From the IMG/VR virus record IMGVR_UViG_3300032236_001503, positions 64,001 to 128,000 of that record: 64,000 bases of DNA. The stretch is one strand, 5' to 3'. This DNA comes from a virus. Position numbers and translations under genes: made by a program. Under the pieces are notes generated by a model, which ran no database searches, was not told the DNA's origin, and saw nothing but the letters and a program-made list of their open reading frames with translations. Positions 49,320 to 58,090 of the stretch are shown piece after piece; position 1 is the stretch's first letter; each line of letters starts with the position of its first letter.

Positions 49320-49517
49320 ATGAAAATTGCTATCATTGTTACAGTTGTCCTATTTTCTCTTTTAGTCCTACCATTATTAATAATCTGGAGTTTAAACAAT
49401 ATTTTTAAACTTGGGATTGCTTACAATGTTTCGGATTGGTTTTCAATTTTAGTGCTACTTACAATTTTAAATGCCATTTTTAAGGCATCCGTAACACCAT
49501 CAAAAAAAGATAAATAG
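49320..49517 (+). CDS. Small two-TM membrane protein
   Basis: Two hydrophobic helices and a basic C-terminus. Confidence 0.7.
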   Translation: MKIAIIVTVVLFSLLVLPLLIIWSLNNIFKLGIAYNVSDWFSILVLLTILNAIFKASVTPSKKDK

Positions 49518-49523
49518 TAGGGT

Positions 49524-49907
49524 ATGGAAAAGCTAGGAAAATTAAAAACTAAAAAACTTTATACTAGATGCTTGAACCTAGCTAGAAGAAAACCCCCAGA
49601 GTTTTTTAATTTTAGAAAAATGAGGGGAACTCATGGGTATTGTAATTGGACAGACTTAGAATTTAATCCCGGTGGCGAATTGCTTTCAACAGCATACCAT
49701 GAATGTATCCACTATTTAGAACAAGATTGGAGCGAAACTCAAGTCCTTTACGCTGAATCAAGAATAAGAAACGTTATGTCTTATTTAGAACACGCAAGAT
49801 TTTTAAAATATATTTCTGTTAAATTATATAAATCAGAATTAATGAAACACGTTTTCAATAAACCTAAAAAAAGAAAAAAAAAGCTTTCCAACAATAAGAA
49901 AAACTAA
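49524..49907 (+). CDS. Hypothetical protein with HExxH (minimal zincin-like)
   Basis: HGYC, then TAYHECIH, then SE..V; TAAATA at 49511-49516. Confidence 0.55.
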   Translation: MEKLGKLKTKKLYTRCLNLARRKPPEFFNFRKMRGTHGYCNWTDLEFNPGGELLSTAYHECIHYLEQDWSETQVLYAESRIRNVMSYLEHARFLKYISVKLYKSELMKHVFNKPKKRKKKLSNNKKN

Positions 49908-49929
49908 TACAATTTACTAAATAAAATTT

Positions 49930-50901
49930 ATGATATTCGAAGAACAAATCAGCCGTAAACCCAACCATTACAAATGGACAGAAGAATTTATCGAAGCTAT
50001 GCACAATGGTTTCTGGACAGATAAAGAATTTAATTTTAAATCTGACGTTCAACAATTCAAAGTGAATTTAAACGATCAGGAAAGAGACATTATCATTCGC
50101 ACCCTTTCAGCAATTGGTCAAATTGAAATTGCTGTAAAAACATTTTGGGCAAAACTCGGAGAGAATCTCCCTCATCCATCATTAACCGATCTTGGTTATG
50201 TAATGGCTAACGTAGAAGTTATTCATAATAATGCTTACGAAAGACTTATATCAGTCCTTGGACTTGAAGATGTATTTGAAAAGAATTTAAAGTTGAGTTG
50301 GATAGAAGGTCGTGTGAAATATCTAAGAAAATACACCCATCGTTTTTATAAAGATAGTAAAAAGCAGTATCTATATGCTCTCATTTTATTCACACTCTTT
50401 GTTGAGAATGTTTCCTTATTCTCACAATTCTATGTTATCAATTGGTTTGCTCGTTTTAAGAATGTTCTTAAAGATACAGATCAACAAGTAAAATATACTC
50501 GTAACGAAGAAAATATTCATGCTCTTGTTGGTATTAAGATTATTAATACAATTCGTGAGGAATATCCTGATTTATTCGATGATGAACTTGAACAGAGAAT
50601 TACACATGAAGCAAAGATGGCATTTGAATCGGAATCAGAAATTGTCGATTGGATGGTTAATGGAATCCAAGAAGAAAATTTAACTGCTCCTATTTTAAAA
50701 GAATTCATTAAGAATCGTATTAATGAATCACTTGCTCAAATCGGTTTTAAGCAACCATTTGAAATTAATAAAGATCTTTTAAGTAAAACTAAATGGTTTG
50801 AAGAAGAACTTCTTGGTAATAATATGACTGATTTTTTCCATTCTAGACCAGTAGAATACTCAAAGAAGAATCAATCGTTCACGGAAGACGATTTATTCTA
50901 A
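49930..50901 (+). CDS. nrdB: Ribonucleotide reductase class I beta subunit
   Basis: FW...EF, EVIHNNAY (radical Tyr), ENVSLFSQF, EENIH, DFF..R..EY. Confidence 0.95.
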   Translation: MIFEEQISRKPNHYKWTEEFIEAMHNGFWTDKEFNFKSDVQQFKVNLNDQERDIIIRTLSAIGQIEIAVKTFWAKLGENLPHPSLTDLGYVMANVEVIHNNAYERLISVLGLEDVFEKNLKLSWIEGRVKYLRKYTHRFYKDSKKQYLYALILFTLFVENVSLFSQFYVINWFARFKNVLKDTDQQVKYTRNEENIHALVGIKIINTIREEYPDLFDDELEQRITHEAKMAFESESEIVDWMVNGIQEENLTAPILKEFIKNRINESLAQIGFKQPFEINKDLLSKTKWFEEELLGNNMTDFFHSRPVEYSKKNQSFTEDDLF

Positions 50902-50952
50902 AATTTGATTGCTATTAAGCGTCATTTTGATAAGATAGATATATCAAATTTT

Positions 50953-52620
50953 ATGAGTACCGAAACGCAGAATTCCGACATTTATTGGCTTAACAAAGAT
51001 TCTAGAAAGTTCCTTCAAAGAGGTTATTTGTTAGAAGGCGAAACACCAGAGCAAAGAATTCATGATATTGCAAAAACAGCCGAAAAGTTTTTAATCAAAA
51101 CTGGCTTTGCAAAAAAGTTTGAGAACTATATGCACAGAGGATTTTATTCTCTCGCATCTCCTATTTGGTCGAACTTTGGTCGCAAGAGGGGTCTTCCTAT
51201 TTCTTGTTTTGGTTCTTATATTGAAGATACTATTGAAAGTATCTTAGGAACTAAACACGGAGAAGTAGCTGTAATGACAAAGACAGGCGGTGGAACTTCT
51301 GGATATTTTGGAGAAATAAGAGGAAGAGGAGAGTCGATTTCTTCTAATGGTGAATCTACTGGTTCTGTCCATTTTATGGAGAGTTACAATAAACTAATGA
51401 ATGTAGTTTCTCAAGGTAATGTAAGAAGAGGTAGCTTTGCTGCATATCTACCAATTGACCATAAAGATATTGAAGAATTTTTAAAAATTCGCTCGGAAGG
51501 AAATGAGATACAAGATCTATCTATCGGTGTGTGTGTTTCTGATGAGTGGATGAAGTCCATGCTTGATGGCGATAAGGAAAAAAGAAGAATTTGGGGTCTT
51601 GTTATCAAGAAGCGTTTTGAATCGGGTTATCCTTATATCTTCTTTAAAGACAATGCAAATAATCAAGCACCGCAAGTTTATAAAGATAAAGGATTAACAA
51701 TTCACCATAGCAATCTTTGTAGCGAAATCATGCTTCCTAATTCACCAGATGAATCATTTGTTTGTGATTTATCATCAATGAATCTTGAGCGTTGGGAAGA
51801 ATGGAAGGATACTGATGCAGTCGAAACGATGATTTGGTTTTTGGATGCAGTGATGGAAGAGTTTATTGAAAAAACCGAAGGGATGAAATTCATGGAAGCT
51901 GCTAGAAAGTTTGCTATTCGTCATCGTGCATTAGGTCTTGGTGTTCTCGGTTGGCATTCACTTTTGCAATCCAAGATGATTGCATTTGAATCGATGGAAG
52001 CAAAGTTCCTTAATGGAACTATTTGGAAAACTATCCGTGAAAGAGCAGATAAGGCAACAGCTGAACTTGCTCAAAAATACGGTGAACCAGATATCCTTCA
52101 AGGATATGGTCGTAGAAACACAACTACGCTTGCTGTTGCACCCACAACATCTTCCTCATTTATTCTGGGGCAAGTATCTCCAAGCATTGAACCTAACAAT
52201 AGTAACTACTATGTTAAGGATCTTGCTAAAGGAAAGTTCTCATATAAGAATCCTTATCTTAAGAAACTTTTGAAAGAAAAAGGTAAAAATGATGATGATA
52301 CTTGGCTTGATATTCTCAAGCATAGTGGATCGGTTCAGCATTTAGATTTTCTTACGCAAGAAGAAAAAGATGTATTTAAGACATTTGAAGAAACATCTCA
52401 AAGGGAAATTATCATTCAAGCTGCTGGTAGACAAAGGTATATTGATCAGGGTCAAAGTTTAAACATGCTTATCCCTGCTGGTACACCCCCTAAAGCAGTT
52501 AATGAGCTTATCATCTTTGCTTGGGAAAATGGAATCAAGAGTCTTTATTATCAAAGATCTACCAATCCAGCCAAAGAATTAGCTAGATCAATTATGACTT
52601 GCAAATCATGTGAAGCATAA
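50953..52620 (+). CDS. nrdA: Ribonucleotide reductase class I alpha subunit (short form, no ATP cone)
   Basis: ISCF, GGG, SQG..RRG, SNLCSE, APT.SSS, KSLYY.RS, C-terminal CKSC. Confidence 0.95.
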   Translation: MSTETQNSDIYWLNKDSRKFLQRGYLLEGETPEQRIHDIAKTAEKFLIKTGFAKKFENYMHRGFYSLASPIWSNFGRKRGLPISCFGSYIEDTIESILGTKHGEVAVMTKTGGGTSGYFGEIRGRGESISSNGESTGSVHFMESYNKLMNVVSQGNVRRGSFAAYLPIDHKDIEEFLKIRSEGNEIQDLSIGVCVSDEWMKSMLDGDKEKRRIWGLVIKKRFESGYPYIFFKDNANNQAPQVYKDKGLTIHHSNLCSEIMLPNSPDESFVCDLSSMNLERWEEWKDTDAVETMIWFLDAVMEEFIEKTEGMKFMEAARKFAIRHRALGLGVLGWHSLLQSKMIAFESMEAKFLNGTIWKTIRERADKATAELAQKYGEPDILQGYGRRNTTTLAVAPTTSSSFILGQVSPSIEPNNSNYYVKDLAKGKFSYKNPYLKKLLKEKGKNDDDTWLDILKHSGSVQHLDFLTQEEKDVFKTFEETSQREIIIQAAGRQRYIDQGQSLNMLIPAGTPPKAVNELIIFAWENGIKSLYYQRSTNPAKELARSIMTCKSCEA

Positions 52621-52636
52621 ATATAATAGTTAGATT

Positions 52637-53224
52637 ATGAGTCATCTTAATAGAACTACAGTTCTGGTGCTTAATCGCAACTGGCAAGCTATTCACGTTA
52701 AATCGCCAGCGGAAGCATTGTCGATGATGTATACTGATGCCGCAACCGGATTAGATATATTAGGAGAGGATCAAATGGTTCCATATCGTTGGAAAGATTG
52801 GATTAAGTTACCAAAGGACGACGATTCTGATTACGTATCAACTGTTAATGGCAATATCAAAATACCAAAAGTAATTGTGCTTTGTAAATTTAATAAAGTT
52901 CCGATGAAAAGACCTAAGTTCTCCCTGAGTGGCGTTTGGAATCGTGACAATGGTATTTGTCAATATACGGGTAAAAAACTTTCAAAGAACGAAGGTAATG
53001 TTGATCACGTTATGCCAAGAAGTAGAGGTGGTAAAACTGATTGGAGTAATTGTGTTCTTGCTCATAAAGAAGTTAATGCGCAAAAAGCCAATAGAACACC
53101 AGAAGAAGCTGGTTTAAAGCTCATTAAACCACCAGCTATTCCTAGGCATATGCCGACAACATTCTATATTAAAAATAAACATAATATCAAGGAATGGGAT
53201 ATGTTCCTTAATTTTGAATCATGA
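52637..53224 (+). CDS. HNH endonuclease (McrA-like family)
   Basis: VLVLN, RD..CQYTG, DHV.PRSRGG...W.N.V.A....N..KANRTP. Confidence 0.88.
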   Translation: MSHLNRTTVLVLNRNWQAIHVKSPAEALSMMYTDAATGLDILGEDQMVPYRWKDWIKLPKDDDSDYVSTVNGNIKIPKVIVLCKFNKVPMKRPKFSLSGVWNRDNGICQYTGKKLSKNEGNVDHVMPRSRGGKTDWSNCVLAHKEVNAQKANRTPEEAGLKLIKPPAIPRHMPTTFYIKNKHNIKEWDMFLNFES

Positions 53225-53625
53225 AAAGCTGGGAACAATACGCATATGATCTTGCCATAGTCGCTGCGAGTAAGTCTAAAGATCCTTATGTAAAAGTTGG
53301 ATGTTGTTTACTCAGAGATGACAATAGTGTTGCATCTTTAGGTTATAATGGATTTCCTGCTGGTATGCTAGAGGATTGGTCGGATCGTGATGAACGCAGA
53401 AAATACGTTGTTCACTCTGAAATTAATGCACTTCGTTATATTAAACCTAATGAGTGCTATTTAGCTGCGACAACACTCCTCCCCTGCAATGATTGTTTAA
53501 AATCTCTTGCATCCTATGGGATTAAGAAGATCATATACGGCGAGGTCTATAAACAAGACCCATCAACTCTTGAACTAGCTAAAAAGTTCGGAATTGAATT
53601 AGTCAATATCGTGTCTGTAGACTAA
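53221..53625 (+). CDS. dCMP deaminase
   Basis: SKDP..KVG, GYNGFP, HSEINAL, PCNDC. Confidence 0.93.
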   Translation: MKSWEQYAYDLAIVAASKSKDPYVKVGCCLLRDDNSVASLGYNGFPAGMLEDWSDRDERRKYVVHSEINALRYIKPNECYLAATTLLPCNDCLKSLASYGIKKIIYGEVYKQDPSTLELAKKFGIELVNIVSVD

Positions 53626-53946
53626 TACGTTAGCTACCTTCACAATATGTTCTTCTGCTGATGTAATCAGATCTTGCATCCAAGGTTCAATCACACTACC
53701 TTTCTTTATTGCATCAACTGCCTGATGAGCATGCGCAACAACCGAGCGTAGGCGAGTTTCAACCATACGGATTTTTTCATGTTCTAAATTTTCTAAATTT
53801 TCACCATCTTCTAAGTGTTCAGATGGTTCGATATCCTTACTGAAGTCACTATCATCTTCATGATGTGAATGCTCTTCTGGTGCAACTTCAAAGGAAGCAA
53901 CTTCTTCATATGCTTCCATTAAACTTCTGATATCTTTTTTATTCAT
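53599..53946 (-). CDS. Hypothetical protein, candidate internal head protein
   Basis: Starts MNKKDIRSLMEAYEE; TAAATA at 53953-53958. Confidence 0.65.
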   Translation of the reverse strand: MNKKDIRSLMEAYEEVASFEVAPEEHSHHEDDSDFSKDIEPSEHLEDGENLENLEHEKIRMVETRLRSVVAHAHQAVDAIKKGSVIEPWMQDLITSAEEHIVKVANVLVYRHDID

Positions 53947-53976
53947 ATGGAATATTTACCCATATGAGTAACAAAA

Positions 53977-54225
53977 TCAGAAATTTATTTTTATAGTCGT
54001 ATAAGTTCTAACTCTGTTAATACTGTTAAAATTATTATAATCTAATAAATTTTCGCCAGTTAATTTAACTTCAAATGTTTTATGTTTAGATACTTGTAAA
54101 AAGTAAAGATTCTCTAACCTATCTTGCGCATAATCCTTTATAGGTAAATTAATATAATTTATTTCATTAGTATCTGCAAAACAGATACTGGTAAAAAATA
54201 TATTACATATGAGTAATAACCTCAT
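53977..54225 (-). CDS. Small secreted protein with an OMP-like C-terminal beta-signal
   Basis: Signal-peptide-like MRLLLICNIFFTSICFA; ends ...GENLLDY...RTYTTIKINF. Confidence 0.5.
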   Translation of the reverse strand: MRLLLICNIFFTSICFADTNEINYINLPIKDYAQDRLENLYFLQVSKHKTFEVKLTGENLLDYNNFNSINRVRTYTTIKINF

Positions 54226-54598
54226 GAAACTCTTTCGGAATAATAACATTATTTGGATGGTTTTTAAACATTGGAGCAATATCTTCAGGCGTATATCCTG
54301 CTAAACCACAACCAATTTGAGTTACTAAAAAGGTTTTATCTGAGTTTTCTTTAGCATATTCCAAGAAATCAATAACATATTCTTCAATTCTGGTTAATGG
54401 AAGAGTCCAAATCATTTCATCTTTAGTTGGGATTGCATAACATTGCCCAGTGATACCTATACCAACTCCCATTTGAGCACCAAATTTTTCTCTTGCGAGT
54501 TTAGCTGCTCCTGCACCATGAACACCTTTGAGATTTGAACCAAATACAAAAATCTCATTTGCTTTAAGTTCGTTTATATAGTTATCTGTGTATTTCAT
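54203..54598 (-). CDS. A1S_2505-type phage protein (macrodomain-like)
   Basis: IFVFGSNL.G.HGAGAA, YAIPT, FLVT.IGCGLAGY....IAPMF. Confidence 0.8.
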   Translation of the reverse strand: MKYTDNYINELKANEIFVFGSNLKGVHGAGAAKLAREKFGAQMGVGIGITGQCYAIPTKDEMIWTLPLTRIEEYVIDFLEYAKENSDKTFLVTQIGCGLAGYTPEDIAPMFKNHPNNVIIPKEFHEVITHM

Positions 54599-55578
54599 AT
54601 TTTTTTAAAAACAAAAACTGGTTCATATTTGAATCCACCTTTAGTGATACTGGAAAGTTGAAGTTTAAGAGTTTCAATCAATTCAAATCCTTCTTCCTGT
54701 GCAATTCTAACAGTATCTGCCTCCAGTGTATTATGCGTTATTACGTTGGCTACGTTCAATATCATATGTCCAGTTGATTTAAGACAACTATAACAGTTTT
54801 GTATGGTCTTACGCAAGAAGTTTTCATTCCAAGATTGAACATTATCATATGCCATATAACTCTGGGTTGCTTCATCAGAATACTTTTCAGTATTAAAATA
54901 CGGTGGTGATGTAAAGCATAAATCAACATCTTGTGAAAATAAGAATTTATCTTCACTTCCTCTTTTCTGGATAAGAGAAAACATATTCATATATTGAAAA
55001 TCTTCCTGCATTTGCTGTAAACCATTAAACGTTTCGGTGCAAGGATCAGTACCATAATAAAACTTCACTACACCGCTTGCTAATGCCCCTAGGAACCTCC
55101 CACCAAAGCCACATGACATATCCCATACAATTCCATCTCCTGCATATTTACGATAAATTCCAGCGGCTGCTGATGGTCTGAAATTTGATACGGATTGAAC
55201 ACCAGAATGACTTCTGAGAGCTTTTCTAATTTGAGAATCAGTCATTGAACCATCTGGTTTTAGCATTGGAAACCCACCTCTTTTTAGTCTTCTCTCGACC
55301 GCTTTTTTAAGAAGATCTTTATCATTAAAAACTTCCATTGGTGTTTTCATATTCCTAGTCTTCACACTCCATGCATGAGGGAAGTATGACCAAGCTAAAC
55401 CCAATCCATGCATGGTTTGTCTAACTGTATCACCTTGGATTATCTTAGATAAATCATACTTCTTAATCTTTTCCAATTCCTTTTTCTTCTCATTTAGTGA
55501 GAATTCATAATATGGGAATCCCCTGCTTAATACATAAGCATAGGCGGTATCCAATACGCTACTATCAAATGTGTACAT
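54595..55578 (-). CDS. Amino-DNA methyltransferase (N4-mC/N6-mA)
   Basis: F.P..A, DMSCGFGGR.LG SAM motif, GTDP, FTSPPYF..E.YS. Confidence 0.82.
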   Translation of the reverse strand: MYTFDSSVLDTAYAYVLSRGFPYYEFSLNEKKKELEKIKKYDLSKIIQGDTVRQTMHGLGLAWSYFPHAWSVKTRNMKTPMEVFNDKDLLKKAVERRLKRGGFPMLKPDGSMTDSQIRKALRSHSGVQSVSNFRPSAAAGIYRKYAGDGIVWDMSCGFGGRFLGALASGVVKFYYGTDPCTETFNGLQQMQEDFQYMNMFSLIQKRGSEDKFLFSQDVDLCFTSPPYFNTEKYSDEATQSYMAYDNVQSWNENFLRKTIQNCYSCLKSTGHMILNVANVITHNTLEADTVRIAQEEGFELIETLKLQLSSITKGGFKYEPVFVFKKI

Positions 55579-55747
55579 TATCCTTGGATATCAAATTAGG
55601 ATTAAACTCAATAATTCTAGAAATTATACCAATTATATCCCTAGGTGTAATGGTAGAAACCCAATCACAATCATCACATATACGATCAACTTCATCCATG
55701 TAAAGATTGTAAAGTTTTTCTCTATCTATTTTAATATCTTCAAACAT
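55565..55747 (-). CDS. Hypothetical protein
   Basis: About 60 aa, coupled to its neighbours, contains CDDC. Confidence 0.55.
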   Translation of the reverse strand: MFEDIKIDREKLYNLYMDEVDRICDDCDWVSTITPRDIIGIISRIIEFNPNLISKDNVHI

Positions 55748-56054
55748 TTTTAAGTCCTTTGAAAATTGGATCATCCTTTAAAGCTTCTTTCAATTTATTA
55801 TTAATGACATCATTAATAGAAATATCTTTATCACAAGATTCTTTAATTAAGAAGTGAAGAAGTTCGACGGGCCATTCTTCCAAATCAAGCTCCATTTTTA
55901 CAAATGGAATTAACTGAACAGATCCATCATCAAGAGCTTTGAACTCAAATTTTTGACCTTTCTCCCAACCAAATTCCTCAATCTCTTCATCAGTAAACTG
56001 AATGTAGACATCATTTGTCGGTACTACCTTTTTAATAAAAGTTTTAGCAACCAT
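55740..56054 (-). CDS. AbrB/MazE-like DNA-binding protein
   Basis: YIQFT.E.IEE.GW.KG....F....DG.V.L swapped-hairpin pattern; alternative start at 56105. Confidence 0.55.
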   Translation of the reverse strand: MVAKTFIKKVVPTNDVYIQFTDEEIEEFGWEKGQKFEFKALDDGSVQLIPFVKMELDLEEWPVELLHFLIKESCDKDISINDVINNKLKEALKDDPIFKGLKNV

Positions 56055-56064
56055 TGATGATTTA

Positions 56065-56391
56065 TTATTTGTTGTTTTCTTTAATTTGCTTTTTTGCTTC
56101 TTCATAGTTTAATTTTATATCTTTAACCGCCTGATCCTTATAGAGATCAAATTTACTCTCAAACAAATAATAATCGGTGAAATCACGAGCCGTAAATTTA
56201 GGAAGTGGTTTTTCGTGTTTCTTTATCTTCTCAATATGAAAGAAATAATGATATCCTAAAAGTAAACCAAGGATAAAAATTCCAGCGATTACAGTTTTAA
56301 ATGCGCCAGCAATAACTCTTTCAATTAACCAAAGAGATAGAATAATAAGAAAAGCTAGAATTACAATTTCAAGAGGGTTATCTAAGTTCAT
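56065..56391 (-). CDS. Membrane protein (2 TM)
   Basis: Two N-terminal hydrophobic helices. Confidence 0.65.
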   Translation of the reverse strand: MNLDNPLEIVILAFLIILSLWLIERVIAGAFKTVIAGIFILGLLLGYHYFFHIEKIKKHEKPLPKFTARDFTDYYLFESKFDLYKDQAVKDIKLNYEEAKKQIKENNK

Positions 56392-56957
56392 AAAATATTT
56401 GGATTTGTGATACGATTATAGACTATATCAACTGCCCTGTCAACTGTCATTTTACCATAAGCTGTTGATCTCGGATGTATTCTTACTTCAGGAAATTCTG
56501 GTACTTCATAAGGTGAATCAATTCCGGTAAAATCTTTAATCTCACCTGCACGAGCTTTTTTATATAAACCTTTAGGATCTCTCTCTTCGCATATTTCTAA
56601 CGGCGTATCCATATAAACTTCTATAAATCTAGCGTTACAATATTTTGTAAGAATATCTCTAGCAATATCCCTCATTTCTTTTAATGGTGAAATTAGAGCA
56701 ACAATTACAACTTCTGTTTTTTGAAATTGAAACATATTACTTGCCATGTAAACTACATTATTAACAAATTGTTTTCTATCCTCTATAGTGAAACCATAAT
56801 CTCTTCCCTTATTTTCTTTTAAATATTTTCTAACGTCATCACCATCCAAAACACCAATTTTCACTCCATCGGCTTTTAAACGAGCTTCTAAAGCTTTAGC
56901 AACTGTTGTTTTACCGGAACCCGATAATCCAGTTAACCATATGACTGCCTTCTCCAT
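56388..56957 (-). CDS. cysC: Adenylyl-sulfate (APS) kinase
   Basis: IWLTGLSGSGKTT, LDGD.VR, ISP, F.EVY...P...CE.RDPKGLY.KARAGEIK.FTGIDSPYE.P. Confidence 0.95.
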   Translation of the reverse strand: MEKAVIWLTGLSGSGKTTVAKALEARLKADGVKIGVLDGDDVRKYLKENKGRDYGFTIEDRKQFVNNVVYMASNMFQFQKTEVVIVALISPLKEMRDIARDILTKYCNARFIEVYMDTPLEICEERDPKGLYKKARAGEIKDFTGIDSPYEVPEFPEVRIHPRSTAYGKMTVDRAVDIVYNRITNPNIL

Positions 56958-56958
56958 A

Positions 56959-57294
56959 TTATCCTCCAAGTCTACTATCAAAATCTGCTTGTTCACCAGC
57001 TTCGCAGACAGTCTCCCACAAAGAATCAATAGTGTGACAAATTTCTACTTTCTTTCTCCCAACTTTTTTATAAGCTTTATTTTTTTTACCACTGAGACCT
57101 TCCCTTTCATATAGATACCAATCAATCCATCCCAATTGATCTGGGTTGAATGATGCCTTGAATAATTCATCAATTGCATGTTCATAGTTCTCATCATATT
57201 GCATGAGATCGACACCAAGTTTGTAGAGTTCATGAGATCTCTTACGTGCAACCTGAAGGTTTAAGATAATCTTTTCGAATGAATGTTTTGTCAT
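56959..57294 (-). CDS. Hypothetical protein
   Basis: 111-aa ORF containing WIDWYLYE. Confidence 0.65.
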   Translation of the reverse strand: MTKHSFEKIILNLQVARKRSHELYKLGVDLMQYDENYEHAIDELFKASFNPDQLGWIDWYLYEREGLSGKKNKAYKKVGRKKVEICHTIDSLWETVCEAGEQADFDSRLGG

Positions 57295-57521
57295 TTGTCT
57301 AAATTTAAATTTTGCTCATCGATAAGTTGCCAAAGCTCATCTCTTACTAGTTGAAAAGTATCAATGTCGGCTTGTGGCATTTCATCACTAGCATATTTGA
57401 TACTATTTCTCAAGTATTGATCTAAGTTCCAAAGAATGGAATAATACTTTCCAGCATTAGTAGCAGTTTCGAATTCATCCTGCTCTTCTGGTAAATTAAA
57501 TTCTAGGATTGCTTTTGGCAT
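57291..57521 (-). CDS. Hypothetical phage protein
   Basis: KAILEFNLPEE..EF; start at ATG 57521. Confidence 0.7.
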   Translation of the reverse strand: MPKAILEFNLPEEQDEFETATNAGKYYSILWNLDQYLRNSIKYASDEMPQADIDTFQLVRDELWQLIDEQNLNLDK

Positions 57522-57522
57522 A

Positions 57523-58083
57523 TTATATATTTTTTTTAATTTGTGGAAACCACCTATAATCAAAAACCCAATTAGCCTTTCCGTTTCCCTTTGTATCATT
57601 TATACGATTTTGTAAAATATGTTTTTTTGCTTTATTTTCAGATATAAGCTCAAGAATATGATGCATGCTTGTTATTCTAATTTCTCTATCTTCCATCCAA
57701 TCGTTATACATGATATCAAACACTAAAATAAAATAAGGATAATTTTTATATCTTTGAACATCTTTATCATTCATTGTAATTGCATATCTGCTTTCGATAT
57801 TATATAAATCAAATGCTTTATAAAAAGGTGTTCTAATTGTTTTTAAATCTGAAGGGAATGCAGTCCATATATCATGAGTATAAGGATTAGTTTCCTTTTC
57901 TTTATTTTTCTTAATTATAATATTATAATTTTTAGCATGATTATCAAGAAAATCTTTTTCTTGATCTTCACCAAATTTACACCATGCTTTTTTATCTTCT
58001 ACATCTTTGGCGGGATTATAAATTCCATTAAAAATAGGTTGATTATTTTTATTCCAAGGTTTAACTTCATATTTATTACTCAT
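57523..58083 (-). CDS. Hypothetical protein, possible PD-(D/E)XK nuclease fold
   Basis: G...E..F, PY.HD, DLK pattern; TATAAT 6 nt before ATG. Confidence 0.45.
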   Translation of the reverse strand: MSNKYEVKPWNKNNQPIFNGIYNPAKDVEDKKAWCKFGEDQEKDFLDNHAKNYNIIIKKNKEKETNPYTHDIWTAFPSDLKTIRTPFYKAFDLYNIESRYAITMNDKDVQRYKNYPYFILVFDIMYNDWMEDREIRITSMHHILELISENKAKKHILQNRINDTKGNGKANWVFDYRWFPQIKKNI

Positions 58084-58090
58084 ATTAATA

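Noticed and set aside
49930-50901. NrdB as a Mn-dependent class Id or Tyr-less class Ic subunit
   Set aside because: The radical Tyr is present (EVIHNNAY) and there is no Lys three residues after the last His ligand (HALV)
11020-52620. Inteins or introns in pol, helicase, TerL or nrdA/nrdB
   Set aside because: Protein lengths and motif spacing are normal, with no splice-junction or LAGLIDADG motifs
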